Assembly (NCBI GenBank): GCA_043228905.1
Contig: JBHGNT010000006.1
Location: 9,982,001 to 10,046,000 of the forward strand
Length of the DNA stretch: 64,000 nucleotides
Direction: 5' to 3'
From: Azolla caroliniana
Lineage: Eukaryota > Plantae > Polypodiophyta
The notes under the pieces were generated by a model, which was given only the letters and a program-made list of their open reading frames with translations, was not told where the DNA came from and searched no databases. Position 1 is the first letter of the stretch; every line of letters begins with the position of its first letter. The position numbers and the translations under genes are program-made. Of the stretch, positions 23,201 through 36,229 are shown in pieces.

Positions 23201-25412
23201 TTCGTATTTGATGGTAGCCAGTACGGAAATCAAGTTTCGTAAAATACCGAGCTCCCTGGAGATGGTCAATTAAATCGTCAGCCCGGGGCAATGGGTACGA
23301 ATTCTTGATCGTCACTTTATTCAAGCGTCAGTAATTAATACATATACGCCATGTGCCCTCTTTCTTTTTTACCAAGAGAACTGGTGCACCCCATGGAGAT
23401 TTACTATAACATATATAACCCATTCGTAAATAGTCGTTGAGTTGCTTAGATACCTCATCCTCTTCAGATCGACTTAAGCGATAAGGAGGTATACTTATTG
23501 GTGCAACACCAGGTACAATATCTATACGATGGTCTATATTACGTTTAGGAGGTAAGCCATCTGGTAGTTCACTCAGAAAAACATCACGAAAATCATTTAA
23601 GATTTCGTCAAGTTGTTGTTCAAAATATGTTAATTGAACCAAAACATTATCGATATTGTAAACATGAATGTCTGGATCAAGTACACAATAAAATAGAGTA
23701 GAATAAGACAACTCAGATATTGATGGACACGAGGAAACAATCGAGAGGGATTGTTTTTTTACACATTGAATAAAATGAGTACAGTCGTTCAGTACAAATG
23801 TAATTGAATGATGAACCCAATCAATAGATAAAGAAGAGCTTTTATTATAGAACTAGGGATAACCCAATATTACATCGGTGGTACAAAGATTCATTACATG
23901 GAAGTCTACTTCCTCTATATAAATATCAATAGAAATTCCTAATGAATGAATCGCCCCGTTGATGTATTGTACTCTTCCATCAGCCAACTGCACCGTGTAG
24001 GTGTGATCACTTAGGGTGGGTTGGATTCCCCATATCTGAACCCAACGATCATTCACAAAATTGTGTGAGCTTCCCGAATCAAATAAAAATTGTATGGGAG
24101 ATTCATTGATATACCTGTTTGCACTTAGTAAATCATTGGGACCCAATACATAGTGAGGGAAAGAACATAGACAATTACTTAAATGATGTGTATAGACCTG
24201 AAGGACATTAGGAATCTAACCTTTATGGTCTGCAACTTTAGCTTTGTTGTCGTGCTCTTTCCATTGGAGCTTTCGGCATTGATCTTTTGTATGAACCTTC
24301 TTTTTGCAGAATACGCAAAAAGGATGTTGTCGCTTACAATCGTGATCCATGAATTCGTTGGGTGTCTTGCGTTTCCCAACGAATTGCGACTGCTTAGTCC
24401 CGGGTGCTTCGTTGGGTTTGTTGTGGTCCTTCTTCGAAGTGCGTTGATGGCGAAGAACTATTTCAACGGCCTCTTCGAATGATTTTGACTCCTTATCGTG
24501 CACTATCCAGTGATAGTCCGAATTGGGGATGCCATTGACAAAACAGGCTATTAACCAGTTGTCCCCTTCTAGACCCAATTTTTGGATTTGGGTTCTAGCA
24601 TGGTGGACATAGTCTTCTAGCGAGGAAAACTTCCTGCTAGAGAGGTTCATTAAAGCCTATGCTGCCCTCAGTTCGAGAGGGAGGTTGCAGAAATTGGCCC
24701 TTGAAAACTGTGACAAAATCTGTCCAGGTATCGGGAATTTCCCCAAAGTACGGAGCCCACGCCACCAGGCGGCATCCTTACCCCAGAGTTCACGGCCGAC
24801 ATATGCAATCTTCGTACTATCTGGCGTGGGATAGAGCTCAAAATGAGACTCCCATCGTCCCAGCCATGTGCAGGTTTCTTCTTCAGTTCTTTCCTTTTTG
24901 TCTCCCGTAAATGGCTTAACGACAAATGATGGTTCACCTTGTCACTCATTAGGTCTATTTGTCTCACGTTGTAGACTAGTGACACGTGCCTCAAGAGCAC
25001 TCTGAGATTGCCGAAGTTCGGTCATTTGTTGACCGGTGAAACTAAGGTATTGGGTTATTTGTGCCAAATACATCTCAGTGGACATTTGTCCAGGAGGATT
25101 CCCTTGAGTTCCTTCCGCTTGAGCGGATGACATCGGGTCGTTAATTTGAGCCATCGAGTTGACCCACCACAAGAGCAGAGTCTCGATGTAGTCAAAAGAT
25201 GATCAAATGAGGGTAGCTAGGCCTCTTATTTATAGCGATACCCAAGGCCCCCCGGCAAGTTCACACTTGACCTAATGGGTTGTCTCAATCCCGAGGATTA
25301 AAAGTAATCCTCCCCTTCTTTACACTCTCGTTTAACCCTCACCCTTGTCCACGTGTATAGAATACTACGGTAAATTCTCACCACGGGATATTAAATGGTC
25401 ATGCCCGTAACA
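20295..25412 (-). mobile_element. Ty3/Gypsy chromovirus, degenerate; 3' LTR 20295-20738, 5' LTR remnant 25156-25412
   Basis: TSD AGCAA at 20290-20294 and 25413-25417. PPT GAAGGGGAGTA. Gag knuckle CVFCKKKVHTKDQC, PR FDSGSSHNF, RT FLDD, RH ETDASDYAIG, INT SDRDPKF. Chromodomain ERILD...IKW...DATWE. Confidence 0.95.
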
Positions 25413-25574
25413 AGCAAGAAGAGCTCGATTTTGGGGACGATGAGGATTCGACATAGGATGAGTCGAATATTTTGTAAATGTTTGAGGAGGAGGATGACTA
25501 GGCCATTTTTGTAGGTTCGATCGTGCAACGCACTGTCCCACATGCGTGCCATGTGTTAGCTAGTTGGATCAACC

Positions 25575-25850
25575 TGACAAGAAATATGCGGAATAATCTC
25601 CGGCCACAACTGAAGCGTAGATCACTTGATGACAATCAAACGCAGAAGAAATGGGAATGGAGGTAAGTACACAAACGGAAAAGAGAATACACAGAATGTT
25701 AACGTGGAAAACCTTGAGAGGGAAAAACCACGAGAGTCCACAGACTCCAAACTATCACTATGTCAAGGAGTACAACAGGGAGCACAAAGGCAAAGACCTC
25801 TTGCTCACAATCTTCGCCTGGTGGCGATTACAACAGAGACATGCTTTGTA

Positions 25851-25919
<69 letters not shown>

Positions 25920-28900
25920 GTACAGTCGTTGCACAAAAAATTCTAGCTATACAAAGATAATAACAGCCACTATATCTCTCCACACCAAACATTGTTTGCC
26001 CTAGGTCACATTTATACTAATATGACATCAAGACTATTTACAGATATAGCCCCAATGGGCTCTCAGAAACATATCTACATATATGTCCCTTCATCCGGTG
26101 AGAGGTTCTCACCGGGCCTGCAACATCCGGTTCTCACTGGGTCTGCATCATCCGTTTCTGGGTACTCCACATCCGGTTCTCACCGGGTCTTCCAATGTTG
26201 GGCCTTCGTATCCCATCCGGACTAATAGAGATCCTAACAAACTCCCCCTTCACTTCGGCATGGGATGCCTCGTCAATCCGATCCGCTTCCGGCATGTGTC
26301 TAGCTTGTCGAGCGTCAACACCTTGGTTAGCATATCTGACCCGTTCTCCTCCGTGTGGATCTTCGTCAGCACGAACTCTCAGTATTCTACTCGCTCCCGA
26401 ATCCAGTGGTACCTCCGCTGGATGTGCTTCGTCCTGGAATGATACGCTACGTTCTTCGCAAGGTAGATAACACTTTGACTGTCGCAATAAAGCCGGTATT
26501 CCTCTTGCCGGATCCCTAGTTGTTCGATGAAGTCCTTCATCCATAGTATTTCCTTGTCGGCTTCCACAGCCGCCATGTACTCCGCTTCCATGGTTGACAA
26601 CGCAACCATCTTCTGCAGCCTCGATTGCCATGAAATAGCTCCCCCTGCATATGTCATGACATATCCGGATGTTGACCGGCTGGTATCCGCATCAACCGAC
26701 ATATTTTGACTCGTTCCCGTCCGACGATCAACATGTCGTCCACGTACAGAAGGAGTATCAGGAAGTCGCCTCCTTCGAACTTCTTCACAAACACGTAGTG
26801 ATCGGCCTGCGTATTGTGGTACCCTTGATCGGTCATGAAGGAGTCAAACTTCCGGTTCCATTGCTAGGGAGCCTGCTTCAGTCCGTACAGGCTCTTCTTC
26901 AACCGGCATACCAGGTGCTCCTTCCCTTTCTCCACAAATCCTTCCGGTTGCTGCATGTAGATCTCCTCTTCGAGGTCGCCGTGAAGGAATGCCGTCTTCA
27001 CGTCCCGCTGCTCTACCTCGAGGTCCATGCTTGCCGCTATACTCAGCACCGTCCGGATGGAGGTCATCTTTACTACCGGGGCAAATATCTCGTTAAAGTC
27101 CACGCCCTTCTTCTGCTGGAACCCCTTCACCACGATCCTGGCTTTGTACCTTGGAGGGTTGTCGGCATCTCCCGGTTTCAACTTGTACACCCACTTGTTT
27201 TGGAGTGCCCTCTTTCCTTTCGGCAACTCCACCAATTCATACGTGTGGTTCTCATGCAAGGAATCCATCTCGTCCTGCATGGCATTCAACCACTTGCGGC
27301 TATGGGTGTCATCCTTCGCTTCTTCGAAGCTTTCCGGCTCCCCCTCATCGGTCAGCAGCACATGCTCTGCATCTGGAAATCTCTAGGAGCCCCTTCTCTC
27401 TCTAAGAGGATATCTCCGTCTTTGGCTTTCGGCAACCGGCTCCTCTATTTGTTCTTCATCCGAATCCGATTCGGGGTCTTGGCCGGTTCCGATTTCAGCT
27501 TCCTCTACTTCTTCTTTTGTCGGTTCGGTATCCTCACCGTAACCGGCTGGTTCCTCGAGTGTCAACCGGCTCTTAGCCGGGTGATCAGAGTTCATTATCT
27601 TCTTCTCCGACTCCCAGTCAGCAAGAGTCTTGTCCTCCATAAAGATAATATCTCGGCTCTGGAAAACCTTCTTGTCAACCGAATCCCACACTCGGTAGCC
27701 GAACTCATCATCATCGTATCCGAGGAATATGCATGGCTGGGTCTTTGGATCCAACTTTCCTCTCTGGTCCTTAGCAACATGTACGTACGCGAGACACCCG
27801 AACACCTTCAAATGCCGGTAGGACACTTACTTACCAGTCCACACCTTTTGAGGCATGTCTCCATCCAAGGGCACTAAGGGTGATCTGTTTATCACATACG
27901 TCGTTGTCGACAGTGCCTCAGCCCAAAACGTCTTGGGTAGTTTAGCATGTGCCAGCATACTCCGGACCCTCTCCATTATGGTCTGGTTTGTCCTCTCGGC
28001 TAGCCCGTTTAGTTTCGGCGTCTTCGGCACGGTAAATTCGAGCCGGATTCCCTTCGAGCGGCAGTACTCCTTGAACTGCCCCTAGTATTCCCCTCTGTTA
28101 TTTGCTCGAACCGCCTTCAGCTTCCGTCCAGTTTCTCTTTCGACTCTTGCGTGGAGATCCTTGAAGACGAATAACACCTGATCTTTCGTCTTCAACGGTG
28201 TAGCCCACAGCCTCCTACTGTGATCATCTATGAACGTCACGAAGTATTGCGCTCCGGCATGGAACTTCGTGTCCACTTGACACACATCGGTATGCACCAA
28301 CTCCAGTGGTGCATTACGTCTCATCAGTGGCCTTGATTGGAAGGAGGTCCGGTTTTGCTTACCGGCCAGGCAGTCGGTGCACTTCTCAAGTTGCACTTCT
28401 TTCACCGGAATGAGGTTGTTATCGGCAAGCCTCTTCATCCCCTTTCTTGCTCATGTGACACAATCTCTTGTGCCACATCTCACCGGCAGTGTCTGATGCA
28501 ACGTTCACTTCTTCCTGGTATAATCGGGCATTCATTAGGTACAGTGTGTTGACTTTCCGGGCCCGAGCCACTATTAGGCTCCCTTTGCAGAACTTCATGA
28601 CACCGTTCCGGATGCTACTTGTGTAGCCTTCATCATCTAGATGACCGGCTAATATCAGGTTCAGTCGAACCTCTAGAACGTATCAGACATCCTTCAGCAG
28701 CAACTTGCATCCGGTTGATATCGTCAACAACACATCTCCTATGCCGATAATTCGGCATGTCCCTTCATTCCCCATCCGGACACAGTCGTGCTCACCGGTT
28801 GTGTAGGATGAGAAGCATTTTTGGTCCGGGGTCAAGTGGAACGACGCTCCGGAATCAACAACCCACGTTCTCTCGTCGCCAGCAAGGTTTAACTCACTCT

Positions 28901-30085
28901 CCTCGGTGATGAGCATCAACTCTTCTTCACTTGCTGCGATTGCCGCCGTTCCCTTCTAGTCCGGTACCCTCCGGTCTTTACCGTTCCGGTCCGGTGACCG
29001 CTTCGAATTGGTACTGTCGGTTTCCTTGTCTTTTCGGTAGTGCCGAAAGTTCTTCTGGAAGTGTCCCGGCTTGCCGCAATAGAAGCAAGTAGGCCTCCCC
29101 CTTGACTTTGAGCATGTCCCCGACTTTTCCCGATTCCGGGGACTATAGTTCCTTTGTCTTCCGCGTTCCGATTCGGTAAGGAGCGCTTTGGAGTCGGAGC
29201 TCGTATCCTTGTCTTTCCGACGCACCTCCTCATCTAGCAAGCTCGACTTCACTCTTTCTAGGGATAACCGTTTCCCTTTTGGCGTGACGTTGCCCAAAGT
29301 GACAACCAACATCTCCCAGCTATCTAGGAGGGAACCGTGCAAGAGTAGTGCTAGTACCTCATCGGCGAGAGGTACTTCCAATGATGTTGCCTGGTGGATC
29401 AGCCCCTGGAAGGCATTCATGTGCTCCGCCATGTTGGAGCCATCTCGGTACCAGAGTCTTACTAGCTTCCGAAATACTGAAACCTGATTAACAACATTTT
29501 TGTTCTGAAAAATAATGTCGATCTTCTCCCAAAGCTCATGAGCCTTGCTCTCTTCATTGAAGTTTTTGTATAGACTCATTTCGATGAAGCACCGTATATA
29601 CGCCGTTGTCTTCATGTCCATCACCTCCCATATCGTGGCATCGATTTTGTCCGGTCTCTTGTCCCCAAACTGAACCGGCAACCAAAGATCTTTAACCACG
29701 AGCATGTCCCTCATCTTCAACTTCCACACTAAGTAGTTGGAGCCGGTGAGCTTGAACATGCCTCCCAACGAATCGTCCATTTTTTTGTGTCGTTTCGCTT
29801 TGATACCAATTTGACAAGAAATATGCGGAATAATCTCCGGCCACAACCGAAGCGTAGATCACTTGATGACAATCAAATGCAGAAGAAATGGGAATGGAGG
29901 TAAGTACACAAACAGAAAAGAGAATACACAGGATGTTAACGTGGAAAACCCTGAGAGGGAAAAACCACGAGAGTCCACAAACTCCAAACTATCACTATGT
30001 CAAGGAGTATAACAGGGAGCACAGATGCAACGACCTCTTGCTCACAATCTTCACCTAGTGGCGATTACAATAGAGACATGCTCTG

Positions 30086-30133
<48 letters not shown>

Positions 30134-30408
30134 CAGTCGTTGCACAAAAAATTCTATCTATACAAAGATAATAACAGCAACTATATCTCTCCACACCAAA
30201 CACTGTTTGCCCTAGGTCACATTTATACTAATATGACCTCAGAAACATATCTACATATATGTCCCTTCATCCGGTGAGAGGTTCTCACCGGGCCTACAAC
30301 ATCCGGTTCTCACTGGGTCTTCCTTGCCGGGTACTCGTCATCCGGTTCTCACCGGGTCTTCCGATGTTGGGCCTTCGTATCCCATCCGGAGGGACAGAGA
30401 TCCTAACA
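25575..30408 (-). mobile_element. Ty1/Copia element, degenerate; 5' LTR 29812-30408, 3' LTR 25575-26239
   Basis: TSD CAACC at 25570-25574 and 30409-30413. PBS TGGTATCAAAGCG (tRNA-iMet type). PPT AAGGGGGAGTT. Motifs CFYCGKPGH, VDSGAS, YVDD, RNase H. Same family as 46038-50880. Confidence 0.95.
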
Positions 30409-30836
30409 CAACCGACCAAGCTAGTCAAAGTGGACAAACTAGTATAATGATAGTCGAAATCGTAGTTGTAGTTGTAGTTGTAGCGAACAAGTGTGAAAGG
30501 AGATAGTCGAACAATTATTTTATTATCTCCAAGTAGAAAAAATAGGACAATTAATTGTAACTATAGGTTCTTTCTGAACGTCAATTGTAATATCTTGGTA
30601 AAGTCTCTCAAGTCGCCTATAAAAAGGGATTGAGAGCATTGTAACAATATCGGTATGTATTGCTATAATAAGTTTTTAATATAGTTTTGTTAGTTAGAGT
30701 ATATTCTATGCCTTCCTATCTATCTTCATATGCTCCTTGTTTGTCTACTCCTCTTTCTGTCTCCTTGTGCAATTTCTTCTTCTTCATCTTTTTCTTGTTC
30801 TTTTCTAAGAACGCTTTTCTTCAAGGCTAATTCGAT

Positions 30837-31125
30837 GAGGAGGTGTACATGGTACAACCACCCGGTTTCAAGGTATACGCATCTGGCTATTATATGCCAA
30901 CTCGAAAAGCTTCTCTCTCTACATCCTCAAGCACGCTTCAGAATGTTCAAATCTGACAATTCCCTGTTCACTCGGAGCGATTCTAAAGGACATCTATTCA
31001 TTATAATATATGTTGACGATTTGGTCATTGAAGGAGAGCACATTGCCGATATCAATAACACCAAGAAGCTCCTCTTTGGCCGATTTGAAATGAAAGATAT
31101 GATGGAGCTCCATTACTTCCTTGGT
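30837..31125 (+). pseudogene. Copia RT fragment
   Basis: EEVYMVQPPGF; IIIYVDDLVI...FEMKD..ELHYFLG. Resembles the element at 55958-61349. Confidence 0.8.
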
Positions 31126-31479
31126 TCAGGGGGCTTCACTATCAAAATTTGTATGATAACACGTGAGTTCATCAAAAGGGGAACTTAAATTAATCACTGA
31201 GATACAGAATGTATATATAAGGGTATTAATAAATATTTGAAAATAAACATTACACCCATTTATACAAGCATATTGATTAAACATAAATCTATGTACAAAT
31301 ATATATTACCATATGTACTATGATCTATCTATCCTTTAGGGATTGGGACCTAGGAAAAGTGTAACATACCAAGGGAAGCTTGACGATAGGTCAACATTCT
31401 TGTAACAACATTTTTTTTTAAAAGATTCTTGTAACAATTGTTTATAACTAATGAAAGGATATTTTCAAGAGAATCAACC

Positions 31480-33217
31480 ATATATATTGACATACGTATA
31501 TACATATTACATATTACAAATTTACATATATACATACACATTCTTACAAACATATTTTAAATATTACATATTACCCACATATATTATTAGACACACCATT
31601 ATATACAAATGCATATATACATATCAAACACAAAATATTAAATTACATACTATATATATACACATACACATACACATACATATTAATACCTAAGATTACA
31701 TATTATATGTGTACAAATCTTCATACATACAAACAAGCTACATATATTACATATATATACATACGCGCACACACATAAATAAATTAGATATTACATATCA
31801 TATAATCCATACCTATTACACAATATACAACTTTACCTACACATACATACATACATAAATTACATATATACGTACATAGCTATATTATGTATGTACATAC
31901 ATATTCCACATATCACCATATATATAGATTATACGGGACTATACAAACCACAATACTTGCACACACACACATTAGATATATGTTTATTTACATATATATC
32001 AGATATATACATGAATATTACATACATATGACCAACATACATCCATATACGAGCCATATACATAGTAAACATGAAAATATCCCAAAAATATGCATACATA
32101 AATACATTACATATATACACATTCATACATTCATACATTTACATACATATCACCACATACACACACATATACATACACATACATACATATTATGCACATA
32201 TTACAAACACATCCATACTCATTGAATCATGTATATTGAAATATACATATATACATATAGATACATACATTACATATGTACATACATATTCCACATATCA
32301 CCATATATACATACATACATATGCCTACAATGCTATAAGTTTTACAAACATACATCCATACACATATATACATAATTACATACATGCATACACATACATA
32401 CATCATACATGCATACACATAAATACGTTACATACACATACATACATACATCACACATGTACATACATATCATCACAGACTACAATCCGTACATATATAC
32501 ATACATATTACGAACAAACATCCACACACTCATGTATCCATATATGCATGCACATATATACATACATTACATATTACATACATACACATATGTACATTCA
32601 TACATGTACATACATACATTAAATATGCATATATTACAATCACACATTCATATGTACATTGAATCATGTATTGTACATTACATATGCATATATGCATACA
32701 CATTTGTACATTCGTACATGGACCTACATACATTAGATATATACATAAATATTAGGCACATATTACAATCACACATCCATACACATTGAATCATGTACAT
32801 TGACATATGGATATATGCATACACATACATACACACATACATACATACATACATACATACATACATACATACATACAGATACATACAAATACATACAGAT
32901 ACATACAGATACATACAGATACATACAGATACATACATACAGATACATACAGATACATACATACATACATGCATGCATACATACATACATACATACATAC
33001 ATACATACATACATACATACATACATACATACATACAAATACATACAAATACATACATACATACATACATATATACATACATACATACATACATACATAC
33101 ATACATACATACATACATACATACATACATACATACATGCATGCATGCATACGTACACACATACACACACATACACACACATACACACACACACACACAC
33201 ATACATACATACATACA

Positions 33218-33250
<33 letters not shown>

Positions 33251-33290
33251 TCATTTATACATTGCTACATATACATACACATACATACAT
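31480..33290. repeat. Degenerate-to-pure (TACA)n/(CA)n low-complexity field
   Basis: Seen directly; purest at 32820-33250. Confidence 0.95.
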
Positions 33291-33292
33291 TA

Positions 33293-36170
33293 TGTTACGA
33301 GCATGACCATATAATATCCCGTGGTGAGAATTTACCATAGTATTCTATACACGTGGATAAGTGTGAGGGTTAAACGAGAGTGTAAAGAAGGGGAGAATTA
33401 CATTTAATCCTCGGGATTGAGACAACCCATTAGGCTAAGTGTGAACTTGCCTAGGGGTCTTGGGTCTCACTATAAATATGAAGCCTTACTACCCTCATTT
33501 CATCATCTCTTGAATACGTCGAGACTTTGTTTCGTGGTGGGTCAACTCTTGTAGCAAACACGCCAACACCAGGTACGACTTGACGCCACGACGGTGGTAT
33601 GGGATGCTGATTGAGGCTCGAGTCCATCTCAATCCATTTGCTTGGGGGTGGTCGGGTGGATTGGCACCCTTCATTCTCTCTCTCCTTTCTTATTTCATAT
33701 ATCTTATATCCTTATCATATGATTATGTTAGACCATCGCTCTAACAATTGGTATCAGAGCTCATGTTTCTAATGTTTCTTTTAATGGTTTTTGTTTTCTT
33801 CTTGATTGATGATGATTGATCGACATGCAGTCAACCTTGATCCAGATAACAATCAACAAAGGAACTTCGGTAACTTTTCCTTCTTATTTTTTCCTATTCT
33901 TTCTTCTCCCAATCTTATCATGTATAGTCAATATGTGTTGTTTTTCATCGATCCAATGTTGTAATGGTAATTAATTGGTTGTATAAAATGTTTACATATG
34001 TGTATGAGGTCAATACCTCATTTGACATATATTTGATATGTGATTCGTGTCGTATGCGTATGAGGTTAATACCGCAATTGCGTATTACATTCACATACAT
34101 ATGTTACATATGTGTATGAGGTCAATACCTCGATTTCTAAGAAAATGATATGTGTTTGGTGTCGTATGCGTAAGAGGTCAATATCTCAATTGCGTATTAC
34201 GATTAAGCCTTATTTTTTGATGTTTCGTGTGCGTAGAGGCTATATGCCTCGATTACGTATCTTGGTTACATCATTATTGGCTATTTGATATTACAATTTT
34301 TTTAAATATATGCATATGTGGTCATATGTATACGTATTTGATCGTATATATGTGATAAATATACATATATGTATATTAGTTATTGCGTGATTTCTATATC
34401 GTATGTGTATATTCGGGGAAAGGATCTTGGTGTCCATCCTCACATTTTTGTGAGAATGGCGTAGTCACCATCCTTTTTTCAACAATTTTTTTGTTGACAT
34501 CCCTGTTGGTCACTTCGATTTCGTTACGAAATGAAACGATCATAGCCACAAGGATGTTGAGAACATAGGGCTTGACCCATTTCATGTGAGGTCGCTCCTA
34601 GGACACACATATCCAACATCCCTCCCTCATTACATGGATACGATGCCACCATGAGATCATTCTTACGAAAGGCATTCGTAATGATGTAACCATTTGACGG
34701 GCCACGTGGGCCTACTACGAAAAGAGGGCTCATTTGGCTTGACCATTAGGTTGCACTTTGGCGTATGCCATCGTAATTATGAGACTTGAGGTTAGGTAAC
34801 GTACCAACATAGTTTGCGGTAAACGAGAGGGGAATAAGGACTCTTGACATATATGTTTCTTTTAAAAAAACATATATGGGTAAATGCCTCGCATATGTTT
34901 TATACGCATAAAAAATTAAATATTCAACATGAGCAACCTATTTGGTTAGCTTAAGTGTTTAATGCATTTGTTCTTGAGGTCTTGAGTTCAAATATGACCA
35001 AGACCATACACCATTGTTGATACATATGACTATAATACATGTTTCGACTTTAGGTCTAAGTGCACTTCGGGGTCATCGTAATAGGGCTTAAAGAGCCGAA
35101 ACCACATACGTGGGCACAGAAACATAGTTTATTGTTAACATTTTTTTCGTGTATAAACTATTCATGACGTGAACATAAATGGTTGAGCCTCGGGGAGCCC
35201 CCATGAAAAAATCGATATAGAGATCAAGGAAAGACATTCATTTGTCACCCCCATGGTTTTTAAAACCCCTTTGTGTTACCATAGTAACCTAATCTTGAAC
35301 CTCATCTCATACGTTTAGAGGGGTATTGACATGAGATCATGATATCGATTAATGTTGGCCCATGATATGTTTACATCACGACTTGATGTTATGACTATCG
35401 GTCTGACCTTATCCTATTTCTTTGCCAGAAATAATCATTCAATGGCTCAGAATAACGACCCGATGTTATCCGCTCAAGCGGAAGGAACTCAAGGAAATCC
35501 TCCTGGACTAATCTCCATTGAGTCGTATTTCTTACAAATACAACATTTCCTTAGTTCAACCGCTCATCAGATGTCCAAACTTAGGCAATCTCAAAGTGCT
35601 CTCGAGCCACGTATCATTAGTTTACAATGTGACACTAATAGACCCGATGAGCGTCAAGGTGAACCATCATTTGTCGTAAAGCCATTTACGGGAGAAAAAA
35701 ATGAAAGAACCGAAGAAGCAATTTGCACGTGGTTGGGCCGATGGGAGTCTCATTTTGAGCTCTATCGCACACCAGATAGTATAAAGATTGCATATGTCGG
35801 CCGAGAACTAGGGGGTAAGGCCGCCGCCTGGTGGCGTGGGCTCCGAACTTTGGGGAAATTGCCTGATACTTTGACAGATTTTGTCATAGTTTTCAATGGC
35901 CAATTTCTGCAACCTCCCTCTTGAACCGAGGTAGCACAATCTTTAATGAACCTCTCTAGTAGGAAGTTTTCCTCGCTAGAAGACTACGTTTACCATTGCT
36001 CGAACCCAAATCCAAAAATCGGGTCTAGAAGGGGACAATTGTTTGATAGCTTGTTTTGTCAATGGCATCCCCAATTCGGACTATCATTGGATAGTGCACG
36101 ATAAGGATCCAAAATCCTTCGAAGAGGCCGTTGAAATAGTTCTTCACTATCAACGCACTTCGAAGAAGGA
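33293..36170 (+). mobile_element. 3'-truncated sister copy of the chromovirus: 5' LTR 33293-33746, PBS 33749-33760, ~1.7-kb leader, gag from 35442
   Basis: LTR TGTTACG...CTCTAACA matches the reverse complement of 20295-20738. PBS TGGTATCAGAGC. Gag MAQNNDPMLSAQAEGTQGNPPG matches the minus copy at 25154. Confidence 0.92.
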
Positions 36171-36229
36171 CTCTCGATCGGAGGCTCACTAGCGTCCGTG
36201 TGTGAGTGTAGGGAGGTCGAAGCTTGGTT

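Larger units (their letters stand above)
18714..30712 (+). mobile_element. Small non-autonomous LTR element hosting two nested insertions (5' LTR 18714-~19291; second LTR 25554-25574 + 30414-~30712, truncated)
   Basis: Both repeats begin TGTTAGCT and align for ~300 bp, visibly diverged. PBS-like TGGCACGCCTGGTGGGAC at 19299-19316. Own internal sequence is only ~1.1 kb. Confidence 0.65.

Noticed and set aside
24216-24218. In-frame TAG between chromovirus gag and protease as programmed readthrough
   Set aside because: No recognisable readthrough context, and the element has many other TAG stops attributable to C-to-T decay.
26669-27877. 402-aa plus-strand ORF
   Set aside because: Antisense shadow of a GC-rich Copia pol with no motifs; the equivalent antisense frame is not kept as one long ORF in the sister copy.
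31350-33340. Many overlapping His/Thr/Tyr/Ile and Met/Tyr/Val/Cys ORFs (also 36198-36878)
   Set aside because: Translation artefacts of stop-free (TACA)n repeats.
33990-34262. CRISPR-like appearance of regularly spaced palindromic repeats (also 42340-43010 and 53825-54220)
   Set aside because: The 'spacers' are related to each other, the arrays lie inside plant retroelements, and no cas genes are present.
34940-35010. Functional tRNA genes at the A/B-box cassettes
   Set aside because: No convincing cloverleaf or acceptor stem could be drawn; reported only as tRNA-like remnants.
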